From assembly GCA_041661605.1 (NCBI GenBank), contig JBAZUE010000001.1, positions 287,467 to 351,466 of the forward strand: a stretch of 64,000 nt of DNA. Direction: 5' to 3'. Numbering within the stretch: position 1 is the stretch's first letter; each line of letters opens with the position of its first letter. Position numbers and translations under genes: made by a program. The notes below the pieces were generated by a model. It was given only the letters and a program-made list of their open reading frames with translations, was not told the DNA's origin and made no database searches. Source of the stretch: Candidatus Omnitrophota bacterium. Lineage in GTDB: Bacteria; Omnitrophota; Gorgyraeia; Gygaellales; Profunditerraquicolaceae. Below are positions 9,605 to 19,482 of this stretch, in pieces.

Positions 9605-9952
9605 ATGGATGAGATTAAGAAGAAGGTTGACGAAGACTGGAAACAAAAGATAGAGAAGGAAAAACAGGCTCCGAAAGAGGAAGGTAAATTTGCCCCTCCC
9701 GAACCGGATTTTAAATTTTTTGTCACTACTCTGGCTTTGCAGGCTTCTATTGCTTTAGGCCATATGGTTAATCCTGAGACTCAAAAAACTCAAAAGGAAC
9801 CTCTACAGGCAAAATTTATTATTGATACCCTGGGAATGCTGCAGGAAAAAACCAAGGGCAACTTGTCTCCGGAAGAAACCACTTTGCTTGAAAACCTGCT
9901 TTATGAATTACGGCTGGCTTATCTTGCCCCGGAAAAGGGAGATATAAGATGA
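9605..9952 (+). CDS. DUF1844 domain protein
   Basis: Internal ATG after the upstream stop. Charged N-terminus then the FFVTTLALQASIALG motif. Track ORF 9542 overlaps the previous gene. Confidence 0.6.
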   Translation: MDEIKKKVDEDWKQKIEKEKQAPKEEGKFAPPEPDFKFFVTTLALQASIALGHMVNPETQKTQKEPLQAKFIIDTLGMLQEKTKGNLSPEETTLLENLLYELRLAYLAPEKGDIR

Positions 9953-10107
9953 TTGATAAGGAACTTTTGGATATACTGGCCTGCCCGGCCTGCAAATCCG
10001 ATGTGGAGTTAAAAGACAAGAAAATAGTTTGTAAAAAATGCGGTAAAAGATATCCTGTGCGTGAAGGTGTTCCGGTAATGTTGGTTGATGAGGCAGAAGA
10101 GGCATGA
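9949..10107 (+). CDS. Trm112 family protein (UPF0434/YcaR-like zinc ribbon)
   Basis: Own translation: [56 protein letters not shown] overlaps on both sides. Under 60 aa, so absent from the track. Confidence 0.85.
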   Translation: MIDKELLDILACPACKSDVELKDKKIVCKKCGKRYPVREGVPVMLVDEAEEA

Positions 10108-10547
10108 AAAAGATATTAGTTATACATGGGCCTAATTTAAACCTTTTAGGTAAAAGGGAGCCGGGAATCTATGGCCATCTGACTTTAGCTGCAATTAACC
10201 AGATGCTTAAAGCCCAGGCCAAGAAAGATAAGGTTTCTTTGGTTATCAGGCAGTCTAACCATGAAGGCGCCATTGTGGATTTAATCGGCAGCGCGCGTAA
10301 AAATAAATTTCAGGGCATTTTGATTAATCCGGCGGCTTATACTCATACAAGCGTGGCTGTGCGCGATGCCATAGCCGCATGCGGTTTAATCGTGGTAGAA
10401 GTGCATATCTCTAATATTTATTCCCGCGAAGAGTTCAGGCATAAGTCATTGATCAGCCCTGTAGCTAAAGGTACTATCATGGGCTTTGGGGCAAAAAGTT
10501 ATACTTTAGGTTTAGCTGCCATCCTTGACCTGATCGAGGCAAAATGA
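10104..10547 (+). CDS. aroQ: type II 3-dehydroquinate dehydratase
   Basis: [16 protein letters not shown] and [12 protein letters not shown] motifs. Confidence 0.95.
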   Translation: MKKILVIHGPNLNLLGKREPGIYGHLTLAAINQMLKAQAKKDKVSLVIRQSNHEGAIVDLIGSARKNKFQGILINPAAYTHTSVAVRDAIAACGLIVVEVHISNIYSREEFRHKSLISPVAKGTIMGFGAKSYTLGLAAILDLIEAK

Positions 10548-11602
10548 ACTCCCGTTTAAAAAACGTATATTCCCAATTGAAGCAAAGAAGGCTTGATGGC
10601 CTGCTGGTTTCTTTGCCGGCTAATATTTCCTACCTTACTGAATTTTTAAGCCGTGATTCTTACCTTTTAGTTTCCGAAAAAGAGAATATTTATTTTACCG
10701 ATTCCCGTTATACTGAAGAAGCAGGGGCTTCACTAAGCAGCAATATTAAGCTTAAACAGTGTAATGGTTCGGTGTTTAAGCATATCGCTGAAACATCCCT
10801 GGGCCTGGGGTTAAAAAAGCTGGGGTTTGAGGAGAGGAATCTTGCATACGCGGAGTTTACTAAGATCAAAGAGTATGTTCATGGCTGCCTTGAGCTGATT
10901 CCTACGCACAGCATAGTTGAAGATAAAAGGCAGGTTAAGGATCCCCAGGAGATTAAAAAGCTTAAACAGGCTACCCAAATTACTGCGATGGCTTTGGAAC
11001 ATATTAAGAAGTTTCTTGTTCCCGGGATAAAGGAAATCGAAGTAGCCGCAGAGTTTGAGCGTTTTATAAGATATCATGGCTGTACTGCTTCTGCTTTTGA
11101 TATAATTGTAGCTTCAGGGCCTAACTCCAGCCAGCCGCACCACCTTTGCGGGCAGAGAAGGTTAAAGGATAATGAGCCGGTGCTTATTGATTTAGGTGTT
11201 GACTACCAGGGGTATAAATCTGACTTGACAAGAGTTTTGTTTTTGGGTAAAATAATAGTTCTTGTGCGCAAGGTTTACGATATTGTGCTCAAAGCCCAGG
11301 AATTGGCGATAAAAAGGGTTCGCTCAGGCGCAGAAATGGCTGCGATTGATAAAGTTGCGCGGGAATATATAGCTTCAAAAGGGTACGGGAAATATTTTAC
11401 CCACAACCTTGGCCATGGCCTTGGTTTAGAAGTGCATGAGGATCCGCGTATCTCAGGAAATGAAGCAAGCGCAGTCAGGCCGGGCATGGTTTTTACGATA
11501 GAACCGGGGATATATTTACCGGGAAAGTTCGGGATAAGAATAGAGGATATGATTTTAGTAACCAGTAAAGGATGCGAGGTCTTAAGTGGCGCTATCAATT
11601 AA
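10544..11602 (+). CDS. M24 family Xaa-Pro aminopeptidase
   Basis: Creatinase-like N-terminal domain plus M24 core ([18 protein letters not shown]). Confidence 0.85.
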   Translation: MNSRLKNVYSQLKQRRLDGLLVSLPANISYLTEFLSRDSYLLVSEKENIYFTDSRYTEEAGASLSSNIKLKQCNGSVFKHIAETSLGLGLKKLGFEERNLAYAEFTKIKEYVHGCLELIPTHSIVEDKRQVKDPQEIKKLKQATQITAMALEHIKKFLVPGIKEIEVAAEFERFIRYHGCTASAFDIIVASGPNSSQPHHLCGQRRLKDNEPVLIDLGVDYQGYKSDLTRVLFLGKIIVLVRKVYDIVLKAQELAIKRVRSGAEMAAIDKVAREYIASKGYGKYFTHNLGHGLGLEVHEDPRISGNEASAVRPGMVFTIEPGIYLPGKFGIRIEDMILVTSKGCEVLSGAIN

Positions 11603-12152
11603 TGAAATCAAATCAGGGGTAACTGTTTTAGTGGATGATATTGTTTATGTCTGTGTTGACGCCCAGCATGTAAAACCCGGCAAAGGCGCAGCTTTTGTGC
11701 GGGCAAGGCTGCGCGACATGAAAACAAATAACATCCAGGAAAAGACATTCCGCGGTGAAGAAAAGATAGAGCAGGCATTTGTTGAGGAGCGTAAGCTGCA
11801 ATATCAGTATTCAAGCAGCGGGATGTTCCATTTTATGGACCAGGATAATTTTGAGGAGATTGCTATTTCTGAGGATATTATCGGGGATAAAGCGAAATTA
11901 TTACAAGATAACCTGGAGATCATGGGGTATTTTTTTAAAGGCGCTGCTTTATCCGTCACTTTGCCGAATTTTATTGAATTTAATATAATAGAAACTGAGC
12001 CGGGTTTTAAAGGCGATTCATCCAAGAGCGGCAATAAGCCGGCTAAGGTGGATACCGGGGCAATCATACTGGTTCCTTTATTCATTAATGTGGGAGATAA
12101 GATCAAAGTAGATACGCGTACAGGCGGGACCTATACCGAAAGGATCAACTGA
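11586..12152 (+). CDS. efp: elongation factor P
   Basis: KPGKGAAFVRARLRDMKT motif, 188 aa. Confidence 0.95.
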   Translation: MALSINEIKSGVTVLVDDIVYVCVDAQHVKPGKGAAFVRARLRDMKTNNIQEKTFRGEEKIEQAFVEERKLQYQYSSSGMFHFMDQDNFEEIAISEDIIGDKAKLLQDNLEIMGYFFKGAALSVTLPNFIEFNIIETEPGFKGDSSKSGNKPAKVDTGAIILVPLFINVGDKIKVDTRTGGTYTERIN

Positions 12153-12610
12153 TGAACATCAAGGAAATCAAAGAGATGATTAATCTGATGAATGAAAATG
12201 GCCTTGTTGAGCTGGAGATAGAAAAGGATGATATGCGCATCCGGCTTAAGAAAACAACCAGCGGCATTGAAGGTTTTAACGGGCCGGTAGTCTTTCAGGG
12301 GCAGAATATTCCTTTGGCCCAAGATAAAGCCCAAAATGTTCCTGCGCCTGAAGAGAAGATTATAGTAAAGACAGTAGAGATCAAGGCCCCAATGGTAGGA
12401 ACTTTTTACCGCGCGCCCAGCCCGGAATCTCCCGCTTATGTTGAGGTTGGGCAGGTTATTGAACCAGGGCAGGTAATTTGTATTATAGAAGCGATGAAGT
12501 TGATGAATGAGATAAAATCAGAGATTAAAGGCAAAATCCTTGAGATATTGGTAGATAACGCTGAGCCGGTAGAGTTTGGCCAGTCTTTATTCCTTATTGA
12601 TCCACTCTAA
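12152..12610 (+). CDS. accB: acetyl-CoA carboxylase biotin carboxyl carrier protein
   Basis: Biotinylation motif EAMKLMNEI. Confidence 0.95.
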   Translation: MNIKEIKEMINLMNENGLVELEIEKDDMRIRLKKTTSGIEGFNGPVVFQGQNIPLAQDKAQNVPAPEEKIIVKTVEIKAPMVGTFYRAPSPESPAYVEVGQVIEPGQVICIIEAMKLMNEIKSEIKGKILEILVDNAEPVEFGQSLFLIDPL

Positions 12611-12613
12611 AAA

Positions 12614-13975
12614 ATGTTCTCTAAAATCCTCATTGCCAACCGAGGCGAAATCGCCTTAAGAATAATCCGCGCCTGTCATGAGATGGGTATCCGTACCGTT
12701 GCCGTCTATTCTCAGGCCGACCGCAACAGCCTGCATGTGCGTTTTGCCGATGAAGCAATTTGCATCGGCCAGGCGTCAAGCAGCAGCAGCTATTTGAATA
12801 TCCCCGCAATTATCAGCGCAGCCGAGATTACCGATGTAGAAGCTATCCACCCGGGTTATGGTTTCTTAGCTGAAAATGCGCATTTCGCTGAGATATGCGA
12901 ATCCTGTAAAATCACTTTTATCGGTCCGACCCCGGAGAATATCCGCCTTATGGGAGATAAAATGGCCGCGCGCACGACTATGCAAAAAGCCGGCCTGCCT
13001 ATTGTGCCGGGAAGCCGGGCGATTATTAAAAATAAAGAAGAAGCGCTTAAGACCGCCAAAGAGATCGGTTATCCTGTTATAATCAAGGCAGCTGCCGGAG
13101 GCGGAGGCAAGGGAATGCGTATTTGCCATAATGATTTAACTTTAGTTTCCAGCCTTTTAACCGCCCAGAGCGAGGCCGAAGCGAATTTCGGCAACTCCAG
13201 CGTTTATATCGAGAAATATATTGAGAAACCGCGCCACATTGAAGTGCAGATTATCGCTGACCGCTTGGGCCATATCTTGCAGCTTGGGGAGAGGGATTGC
13301 AGTATCCAGAGAAGACACCAGAAGCTGCTTGAAGAATCTCCTTCTCCGGCAGTGGATAGTAAAATGCGGCGTAAGCTGGGGGAGTTGGTTTTAAAAGGAA
13401 TGAAATCCATAAATTATCTTAGCTGCGGGACTATTGAGTTTCTACTGGATTCCAAAACCAACAATTTTTATTTTATGGAGATGAATACACGTATTCAGGT
13501 GGAGCATCCGGTTACTGAAATGGTCACCGGTATTGACCTGATTAAGGAGCAGATCCGCGTGGCCAGCGGAGAGAAGCTGAAGATCCAACAGGAGGATGTA
13601 CAGATCAAAGGGGCGGCAATAGAATGCCGTATCAATGCCGAAGACGCGGATAATAATTTTATGCCTTCTCCGGGCAAGATTGAGGCTTTGATCCTTCCCG
13701 GAGGGCCTAATGTACGTCTTGATACGCATATTTATGCAGGTTACGAAGTGCCTTCTTATTATGATTCTCTTGTAGCTAAACTTATTGTTTATGGGGCTAA
13801 CCGTTATGAAGCAATCAGGACTATGCGCAGGGCGTTAAGCGAGTTTTATATCGCTCCTATCAAGACTACTATTCCTTTTCATCTCAAGCTGATGGATAAC
13901 CCTTTGTTTAAGAAAGGGGATATTTCCACGCATTTTGTGCAAGACCTTTTAATAAACGATGCCAAAGGAGAATAA
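12614..13975 (+). CDS. accC: acetyl-CoA carboxylase biotin carboxylase subunit
   Basis: ATP-grasp biotin carboxylase ([33 protein letters not shown]). Confidence 0.95.
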   Translation: MFSKILIANRGEIALRIIRACHEMGIRTVAVYSQADRNSLHVRFADEAICIGQASSSSSYLNIPAIISAAEITDVEAIHPGYGFLAENAHFAEICESCKITFIGPTPENIRLMGDKMAARTTMQKAGLPIVPGSRAIIKNKEEALKTAKEIGYPVIIKAAAGGGGKGMRICHNDLTLVSSLLTAQSEAEANFGNSSVYIEKYIEKPRHIEVQIIADRLGHILQLGERDCSIQRRHQKLLEESPSPAVDSKMRRKLGELVLKGMKSINYLSCGTIEFLLDSKTNNFYFMEMNTRIQVEHPVTEMVTGIDLIKEQIRVASGEKLKIQQEDVQIKGAAIECRINAEDADNNFMPSPGKIEALILPGGPNVRLDTHIYAGYEVPSYYDSLVAKLIVYGANRYEAIRTMRRALSEFYIAPIKTTIPFHLKLMDNPLFKKGDISTHFVQDLLINDAKGE

Positions 13976-14329
13976 GTGAATCGCGATGACTCCAGGAATG
14001 AGCTTGGTAGCGTAAGAATACATAAGAATGTAATTTCTTCTATAGCTTCTATTGCCGCTTTAGAGATTGAAGGGGTAAAGAAGGTAGGGGCAAATTTGAA
14101 GAGCAGCCTTCTTGAATTGATTGGGCAGAAGTCCTTCCTTGCTATAAAAGTGGATATATCTAAGCATGGAGAAGTAAAGGTGGAGATCCCCGTGGTTATT
14201 AAATACGGTTATAACATACCGGATACCGCCGGCCGCGTCCAGGAGAATGTTCATCTGGCATTAGAGAAAATGAGCAATCTTTCAGTGAAAGATATTAATG
14301 TAAATGTGCAGGGCATAGAGAGGGGGTAA
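13976..14329 (+). CDS. Asp23/Gls24 family envelope stress protein
   Basis: Typical Asp23 N-terminus (IHKNVISSIASIAALEIEGV), 117 aa. Confidence 0.8.
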   Translation: MNRDDSRNELGSVRIHKNVISSIASIAALEIEGVKKVGANLKSSLLELIGQKSFLAIKVDISKHGEVKVEIPVVIKYGYNIPDTAGRVQENVHLALEKMSNLSVKDINVNVQGIERG

Positions 14330-14332
14330 ATA

Positions 14333-14941
14333 ATGAAATTTTTTACTGTATTAGGGATCATGTTTTATGCCATTATTATTACCGCTATTGGTTTGGCCCT
14401 TATTGTTTTTTCGTTAAATCTGCTATTACCCCAGGATATTAATAATTTACTTATTTATGCCCAAACCAGCCCGAATTCCAGGTTAGTTATCGGATTTTCA
14501 GGAGTGCTTTTAATTCTTATAAGTTTTTCTTTCGCCCAGATTATCTTAGGCAGATTCCAGAGGGAAAAGACTATCGCTTTTACTACCTCCAGCGGCCAGG
14601 TAACTATTTCACTTTCTGCCGTTGAGGATTTAATCCGCAGGCTGACAGGGGTAATCCCGGAGGTAAAAGAGTTAAGGCCCAATGTTGTGGTAAACAAAAA
14701 GGGCATTATTGTGGATATGCGTATAATCCTGCGATCCGAAGCCAATATCCCCGAGCTTACCTCAAGGCTGCAGGATATCACTAAATCCAAGATCCAGGAG
14801 ATTTTAGGCCTTGAAGAACAGGTTATTATAAGGATACATGTAGCAAAGATCTCGCATGATGAAAAAGATAACCGCAAAAAAAGAGATTTTGACAAAGAAG
14901 ACCCGTCGGCAATACCTTTTAGCGGGTATGGAAGAGTATAA
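14333..14941 (+). CDS. membrane protein, AmaP-like anchor for Asp23 (tentative)
   Basis: Two N-terminal TM helices and a soluble tail. Immediately follows the Asp23 gene. Confidence 0.4.
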   Translation: MKFFTVLGIMFYAIIITAIGLALIVFSLNLLLPQDINNLLIYAQTSPNSRLVIGFSGVLLILISFSFAQIILGRFQREKTIAFTTSSGQVTISLSAVEDLIRRLTGVIPEVKELRPNVVVNKKGIIVDMRIILRSEANIPELTSRLQDITKSKIQEILGLEEQVIIRIHVAKISHDEKDNRKKRDFDKEDPSAIPFSGYGRV

Positions 14942-14956
14942 AGGAGGATCAGGGAA

Positions 14957-15988
14957 ATGGCAAAGATTGGGATTTTGACAGGTGGCGGTGATTGTCCGGG
15001 ATTAAATCCGGTTATCCGAGCGGTAGTGCGTAAGGCCTTGCTTGAAGGCTATGAAATAATAGGCATTAAGAATGGCTGGAAAGGATTAATTGAAAATGAC
15101 ACTATGTCTTTAGATATAAACACCGTTTCCGGAATCCTGCCTAAAGGTGGGACTATCCTGGGAACCAGCCGTACTAACCCGTATAAAAAACCGGGTGACC
15201 TTGAGAAGCTTAGGGATAATTTTAAAAGAATAGGCCTTGATGCCCTGGTTGCTGTCGGAGGGGAAGATACTTTGGGTGTTGCTTCTAAACTGGTTAAAGA
15301 CGGCCTGCCGAATATCGTGGGTGTGCCTAAAACCATTGATAATGATTTGTCGGCTACTGATTATACTTTTGGTTTTGATACAGCTTTGAATGTGGCCATG
15401 GAGTGCATTGACCGTCTGCATACCACAGCCGAAAGCCATCATCGCATTATTGTGGCTGAAGTAATGGGCCGTCACGCCGGCTGGATTGCTTTAGAATCCG
15501 GGATTGCCGGTGGCGCAGATGTGATTTTGATTCCGGAGATACCTATTGATTTAGATGAAGTATGCGCAATTATCAAGAAAAGGCATGAGAGAGGCAAGAC
15601 TTTCAGCATTGTTGTAGTAGCCGAAGGAGCACAGTTTAAGGATGGCACTATGGTTACTCAAGAGCAGAAACTTGATTCATTCGGCCATGTTCGCTTGGGC
15701 GGCATAGGGGAAGATTTAGCCGCACAGATTGAAAAAAGGACCGGTTATGAAACCAGGGTCAGCGTTTTAGGGCATATACAAAGAGGTGGTTCGCCCACTG
15801 CGTTTGATCGTGTATTGGGCACGCGTCTCGGGGTAAAGGCAGTAGAGCTGATTAAGAATAAGAAATTCGGCAGGATGGTAGCTTTGGCCGGTATCAAGAT
15901 TATCGATGTGTCCCTTGAGGAGGCAGTAAAGGCTTTAAAGACTGTTGATGCGGAGCTTTATGATATCGCTAAGGTGTTTTTTGGATAA
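14957..15988 (+). CDS. pfp: 6-phosphofructokinase, probably pyrophosphate-dependent
   Basis: GGGDCPGLN; GGEDT where E. coli PfkA has GGDGS; PKTIDND where E. coli has PGTIDND. Confidence 0.85.
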   Translation: MAKIGILTGGGDCPGLNPVIRAVVRKALLEGYEIIGIKNGWKGLIENDTMSLDINTVSGILPKGGTILGTSRTNPYKKPGDLEKLRDNFKRIGLDALVAVGGEDTLGVASKLVKDGLPNIVGVPKTIDNDLSATDYTFGFDTALNVAMECIDRLHTTAESHHRIIVAEVMGRHAGWIALESGIAGGADVILIPEIPIDLDEVCAIIKKRHERGKTFSIVVVAEGAQFKDGTMVTQEQKLDSFGHVRLGGIGEDLAAQIEKRTGYETRVSVLGHIQRGGSPTAFDRVLGTRLGVKAVELIKNKKFGRMVALAGIKIIDVSLEEAVKALKTVDAELYDIAKVFFG

Positions 15989-16003
15989 AGAGAGGAAGAG
16001 CGC

Positions 16004-16582
16004 ATGCGTGAGAGAATTAAAGATATACTCTTAGAAAGCATCCAGGTTAAAGAAGAGATTCTCCGTAATCAGATAGATTCAATTTTTGAAATATCGCAGC
16101 TTATGATTGATTGCCTTAAGAAGGGCGGTAAGGTAATTGTTTTTGGAAACGGCGGTTCAGCCAGCGACAGCCAGCATATTGCCGCAGAGCTTGTCGGCCG
16201 TTTTAAAAAGGACCGTTCTGCATTAGCCGGGATTGCCTTGACTACCAATACCTCAATATTAACTTCTCTGGCTAATGATTACGGCTATGATGTAGTATTT
16301 GCCAGGCAAGTGGAAGCTTTAGGCAAGAAAAACGATGTAGTTTTGGGGATATCCACCAGTGGAAAAGCAAAGAACGTGGCTCTGGGAATTAAACAGGCCA
16401 AGAAGATGGGGATTAAAACTGTTGCTTTAAGCGGCGGAGACGGGGGGGAGATTGTAAAGCTGGCAGATTTATCCCTGTTAGTGCCATCTAAGATAACCGC
16501 AAGAATCCAGGAAGCGCACATTACCATTGCCCATATAATATGCGAAATGATCGAGCAAGAGCTTTGCCAGGAACAAAAATAA
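16004..16582 (+). CDS. gmhA: D-sedoheptulose 7-phosphate isomerase
   Basis: SIS domain with GNGGSASDSQHIAAEL. Confidence 0.9.
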   Translation: MRERIKDILLESIQVKEEILRNQIDSIFEISQLMIDCLKKGGKVIVFGNGGSASDSQHIAAELVGRFKKDRSALAGIALTTNTSILTSLANDYGYDVVFARQVEALGKKNDVVLGISTSGKAKNVALGIKQAKKMGIKTVALSGGDGGEIVKLADLSLLVPSKITARIQEAHITIAHIICEMIEQELCQEQK

Positions 16583-17052
16583 CCTCGCTTTCAAACCTCA
16601 AGCGTAAAATAGCACGCCTTAAGCAGCTTGGTAAACGTATAGTTTTTACCAACGGCTGTTTTGATATCCTGCATTATGGCCATACCAAATACCTGCAGGA
16701 TGCCAGAAATAAAGGGGATTATCTGGTTGTAGCAGTTAATAGCGATTCTTCCATCAAAAAAATTAAGGCTGATAACCGTCCGGTGGTTGGCCAGGCTGAC
16801 CGTTTAAGAGTAGTAGCCGCTTTAGGATGTGTAGATTTTGTAGTCTTGTTTAAAGAAGATAATCCGTTTAAAGTAATCAAGGCCCTTAAGCCGGACATTT
16901 TGGTTAAAGGATCTGATTGGGCCAAGAAAAAAATTATAGGCGCGGATTTTGTAGAGAGTTATGGCGGCAAGGTTATTATCATTGATTCCGTTAAAGGCCG
17001 TTCAACCAGTGCAATAGTTGAAAAAATCGTCAGGGATTTCGCGAAAAAATAG
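16540..17052 (+). CDS. rfaE2: D-glycero-beta-D-manno-heptose 1-phosphate adenylyltransferase (RfaE domain II)
   Basis: Cytidylyltransferase motif FTNGCFDILHYGH. Overlaps the gmhA end by 43 nt. Confidence 0.85.
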   Translation: MRNDRARALPGTKITSLSNLKRKIARLKQLGKRIVFTNGCFDILHYGHTKYLQDARNKGDYLVVAVNSDSSIKKIKADNRPVVGQADRLRVVAALGCVDFVVLFKEDNPFKVIKALKPDILVKGSDWAKKKIIGADFVESYGGKVIIIDSVKGRSTSAIVEKIVRDFAKK

Positions 17053-17470
17053 CACTCATCGTATAATTGACGCTAATCTGAACCGGGTCAAGGAGGGGTT
17101 GCGTGTTTGCGAGGAGATAACCCGCTTTATCCTGGATAATCATAGATTTACGGCGGATTTTAAGAAAATCAGGCATGAGATCGATAGTATTATCAAAAGA
17201 ACTTATCCTGTCTATCAATTGCTTAAAGATCGTAACAGCAATAGAGATGTTGGAAGGCTGAATTCCCGCGGAGAACTGAAACGCGCCAGTTGCAAAGATA
17301 TTTTTTGGGCCAATATCCAAAGGGTTAAAGAATCCCTGCGCGTACTTGAAGAGTTTAGTAAGCTGGCAGATGACAAAGCCGCTTTGAGTTTTAAAGAGCT
17401 TAGGTATAAAGTTTATGCGATCGAGAAGGATTCTTTTAAAAAAGTCTCTTCTTTACCTGATTCTGGATAG
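17018..17470 (+). CDS. ThiE-associated N-terminal domain protein (ThiD2-like, tentative)
   Basis: RIIDANLNRVKEGLRVCEE motif, which I recall from the domain fused N-terminally to ThiE in some bacteria. Overlaps thiE in another frame. Confidence 0.5.
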   Translation: MKKSSGISRKNSTHRIIDANLNRVKEGLRVCEEITRFILDNHRFTADFKKIRHEIDSIIKRTYPVYQLLKDRNSNRDVGRLNSRGELKRASCKDIFWANIQRVKESLRVLEEFSKLADDKAALSFKELRYKVYAIEKDSFKKVSSLPDSG

Positions 17471-18044
17471 AGCGGATTTTACCGGGTTTCCTTTTGACAA
17501 AATCGGGTTAATTCAGCTGCGGGATAAGCTTTCTGATAAATCCCATATATTAAGTTCTGCGCTTAAGCTGGCAAAACGTTTAAAGAAAACTAAAACGCTC
17601 TTTATCATCAATGATTATATCGATATAGCTATTCTTTCCGGCGCGGACGGAGTGCATCTAGGACAAGAAGATCTTCCGTTAAAAGAAGCCAGGAAACTGT
17701 TAGGGAAGGATAAGATTATCGGCATATCTTGCCATAATCTGAGTCAGGCTTTGAAAGCGCAAAAAGAGGGGGCTGATTACATTGGGATTGGCCCGGTATA
17801 TCCTACTTCCACCAAACCCGGATGCAGGGCAATCGGGTTAGGGGTTTTGCGGCAGTTAAAGGGTAAGATCAAAATACCTTATTTTGCAATAGGTAATATT
17901 AATGAAGGAAGCATAAAAAAAGTCGCTGCTTGCGGAATCAGCCGTATCGCAGTAAGCCGGGCAATCTTGAGAGCTGATGATCCTGAATGCGCGGCAAGCA
18001 GATTGTTTGAGGGGATTAAAGAAAATCACCCTGGAGTAAAATGA
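17415..18044 (+). CDS. thiE: thiamine-phosphate synthase
   Basis: LYLILD start region, GADGVHLGQEDL, and a GISCH...ADYIGIGPVYPT segment. Confidence 0.9.
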   Translation: MRSRRILLKKSLLYLILDRADFTGFPFDKIGLIQLRDKLSDKSHILSSALKLAKRLKKTKTLFIINDYIDIAILSGADGVHLGQEDLPLKEARKLLGKDKIIGISCHNLSQALKAQKEGADYIGIGPVYPTSTKPGCRAIGLGVLRQLKGKIKIPYFAIGNINEGSIKKVAACGISRIAVSRAILRADDPECAASRLFEGIKENHPGVK

Positions 18045-19324
18045 CTCAACTGGAATTTGCAAAGAAAAATATCGTAACCGGAATTATGCGTAAAGTCGCC
18101 CGTCTTGAAGGTATCGAGCCGGTTCAGTTAATGCGGCTTATCCGGCAAGGCAAGGCAGTCATCCCTTTAAATAAAAATCATAAAATCAAGAAACCTTGCG
18201 CAGTAGGCAGCACGCTGTCTACTAAAGTTAACGCTAATATCGGCACCTCTACGGATGAATCAAGGATTTCCGATGAAATAGAGAAGCTTAAAGTTGCCAT
18301 AAAACATGGGGCAGATGCTTTAATGGATTTAAGCGTAGGAGGAGACCTTGCTAAAACAAGGCGGCAGATTCTGAGATATTCAAGCATACCATTAGGCACA
18401 GTGCCGGTATATGAGGTAGCGGTCAGGGCGCAGAAAAAGAATAAAAATTTTGTTAAATTCAACGCCTCCGATATCATGGATGTTTTAAATGAGCAGGCCG
18501 GCCAGGGGGTGGATTTTTTTACCATACATTGCGGGGTAACGCGCAGGAGCCTGAAAGCTTTAGAGAAGCAAAAAAGGCTTATGGGCCTTGTTTCGCGCGG
18601 CGGGGCAATTATCGCTAATTGGATAAAATACCATAATGAAGAAAATCCTTTTTACACGCATTTTGAACAGATCCTTGATATCGCCAATAAATATGATGTA
18701 ACTTTAAGTTTGGGGGATGGGTTAAGGCCGGGCTCAATTTTAGATGCTACAGATAGAGCGCAGATTATGGAATTAAAGATCCTTGGAGAGTTGGCAAAAC
18801 GCGCTAAAGCCAGAGGCGTGCAGGTTATGATCGAAGGTCCGGGGCATGTTCCATTGGATCAGATTAAGAAAAATATTTTACTTGAGAAGGAGTATTGTCA
18901 CGGGGCGCCTTTTTATGTGTTGGGACCGTTAGTTACGGATGTTGCCCCGGGTTATGATCATATTACTTCTGCGATCGGAGGAGCCTTAGCCGCAGGTTTT
19001 GGCGCGGATTTTCTTTGTTATGTAACTCCGGCTGAACACCTGCGTCACCCAACGGTTAATGATGTGCGGGAAGGGGTAATCGCTTCGCGTATTGCCGCTC
19101 ACGCCGGAGATTTGGTAAAACGCAGGAAATCAGCTATAGGCTGGGATAGGGATATTTCAACTGCCCGCAAAGCCAGGGATTGGAAAAAACAGATTCAGCT
19201 GTCTATAGATCCTGATAAAGCTAAAGAATTCCGTTTATCCAGTAAGCCAAAACTTGATGACGTATGCACGATGTGCGGGAAGTATTGCTCTATTAAATTG
19301 ATGGAAGAGTGTAAGGAAAGGTAA
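18041..19324 (+). CDS. thiC: phosphomethylpyrimidine synthase
   Basis: Radical-SAM-type ThiC with C-terminal CTMCGKYCS cluster motif. Confidence 0.95.
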   Translation: MTQLEFAKKNIVTGIMRKVARLEGIEPVQLMRLIRQGKAVIPLNKNHKIKKPCAVGSTLSTKVNANIGTSTDESRISDEIEKLKVAIKHGADALMDLSVGGDLAKTRRQILRYSSIPLGTVPVYEVAVRAQKKNKNFVKFNASDIMDVLNEQAGQGVDFFTIHCGVTRRSLKALEKQKRLMGLVSRGGAIIANWIKYHNEENPFYTHFEQILDIANKYDVTLSLGDGLRPGSILDATDRAQIMELKILGELAKRAKARGVQVMIEGPGHVPLDQIKKNILLEKEYCHGAPFYVLGPLVTDVAPGYDHITSAIGGALAAGFGADFLCYVTPAEHLRHPTVNDVREGVIASRIAAHAGDLVKRRKSAIGWDRDISTARKARDWKKQIQLSIDPDKAKEFRLSSKPKLDDVCTMCGKYCSIKLMEECKER

Positions 19325-19400
19325 GGTTGCGCGGGTACGCATAATAAGGTATCGCAGCACCTCGCGTTTATCGGAGTTACGCGAGTGCGCGCTAGGTAGC

Positions 19401-19471
19401 GCGGGTGTAATTCAGTGGTAGAATGGCAGCTTCCCAAGCTGCATATGGCGGTTCGATTCCGCTCACCCGCT
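19401..19471 (+). tRNA. tRNA-Gly (anticodon CCC)
   Basis: Hand-folded cloverleaf: acceptor GCGGGTG/CACCCGC, anticodon arm GCAGC-TTCCCAA-GCTGC, T loop TTCGATT, discriminator U. No encoded CCA. Confidence 0.9.
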
Positions 19472-19482
19472 ATAAAATCAGT

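Noticed and set aside
17453-17495. ACCTGATTCTGGATAGAGCGG resembles the conserved 3' half of a TPP riboswitch (ACCTGATCTGGATAATGCCAGCG), next to thi genes
   Set aside because: It lies inside the ThiE coding frame (LYLILDRA). No upstream CTGAGA/GGGG partner segment is present, and it sits mid-operon. It is most likely coincidence.
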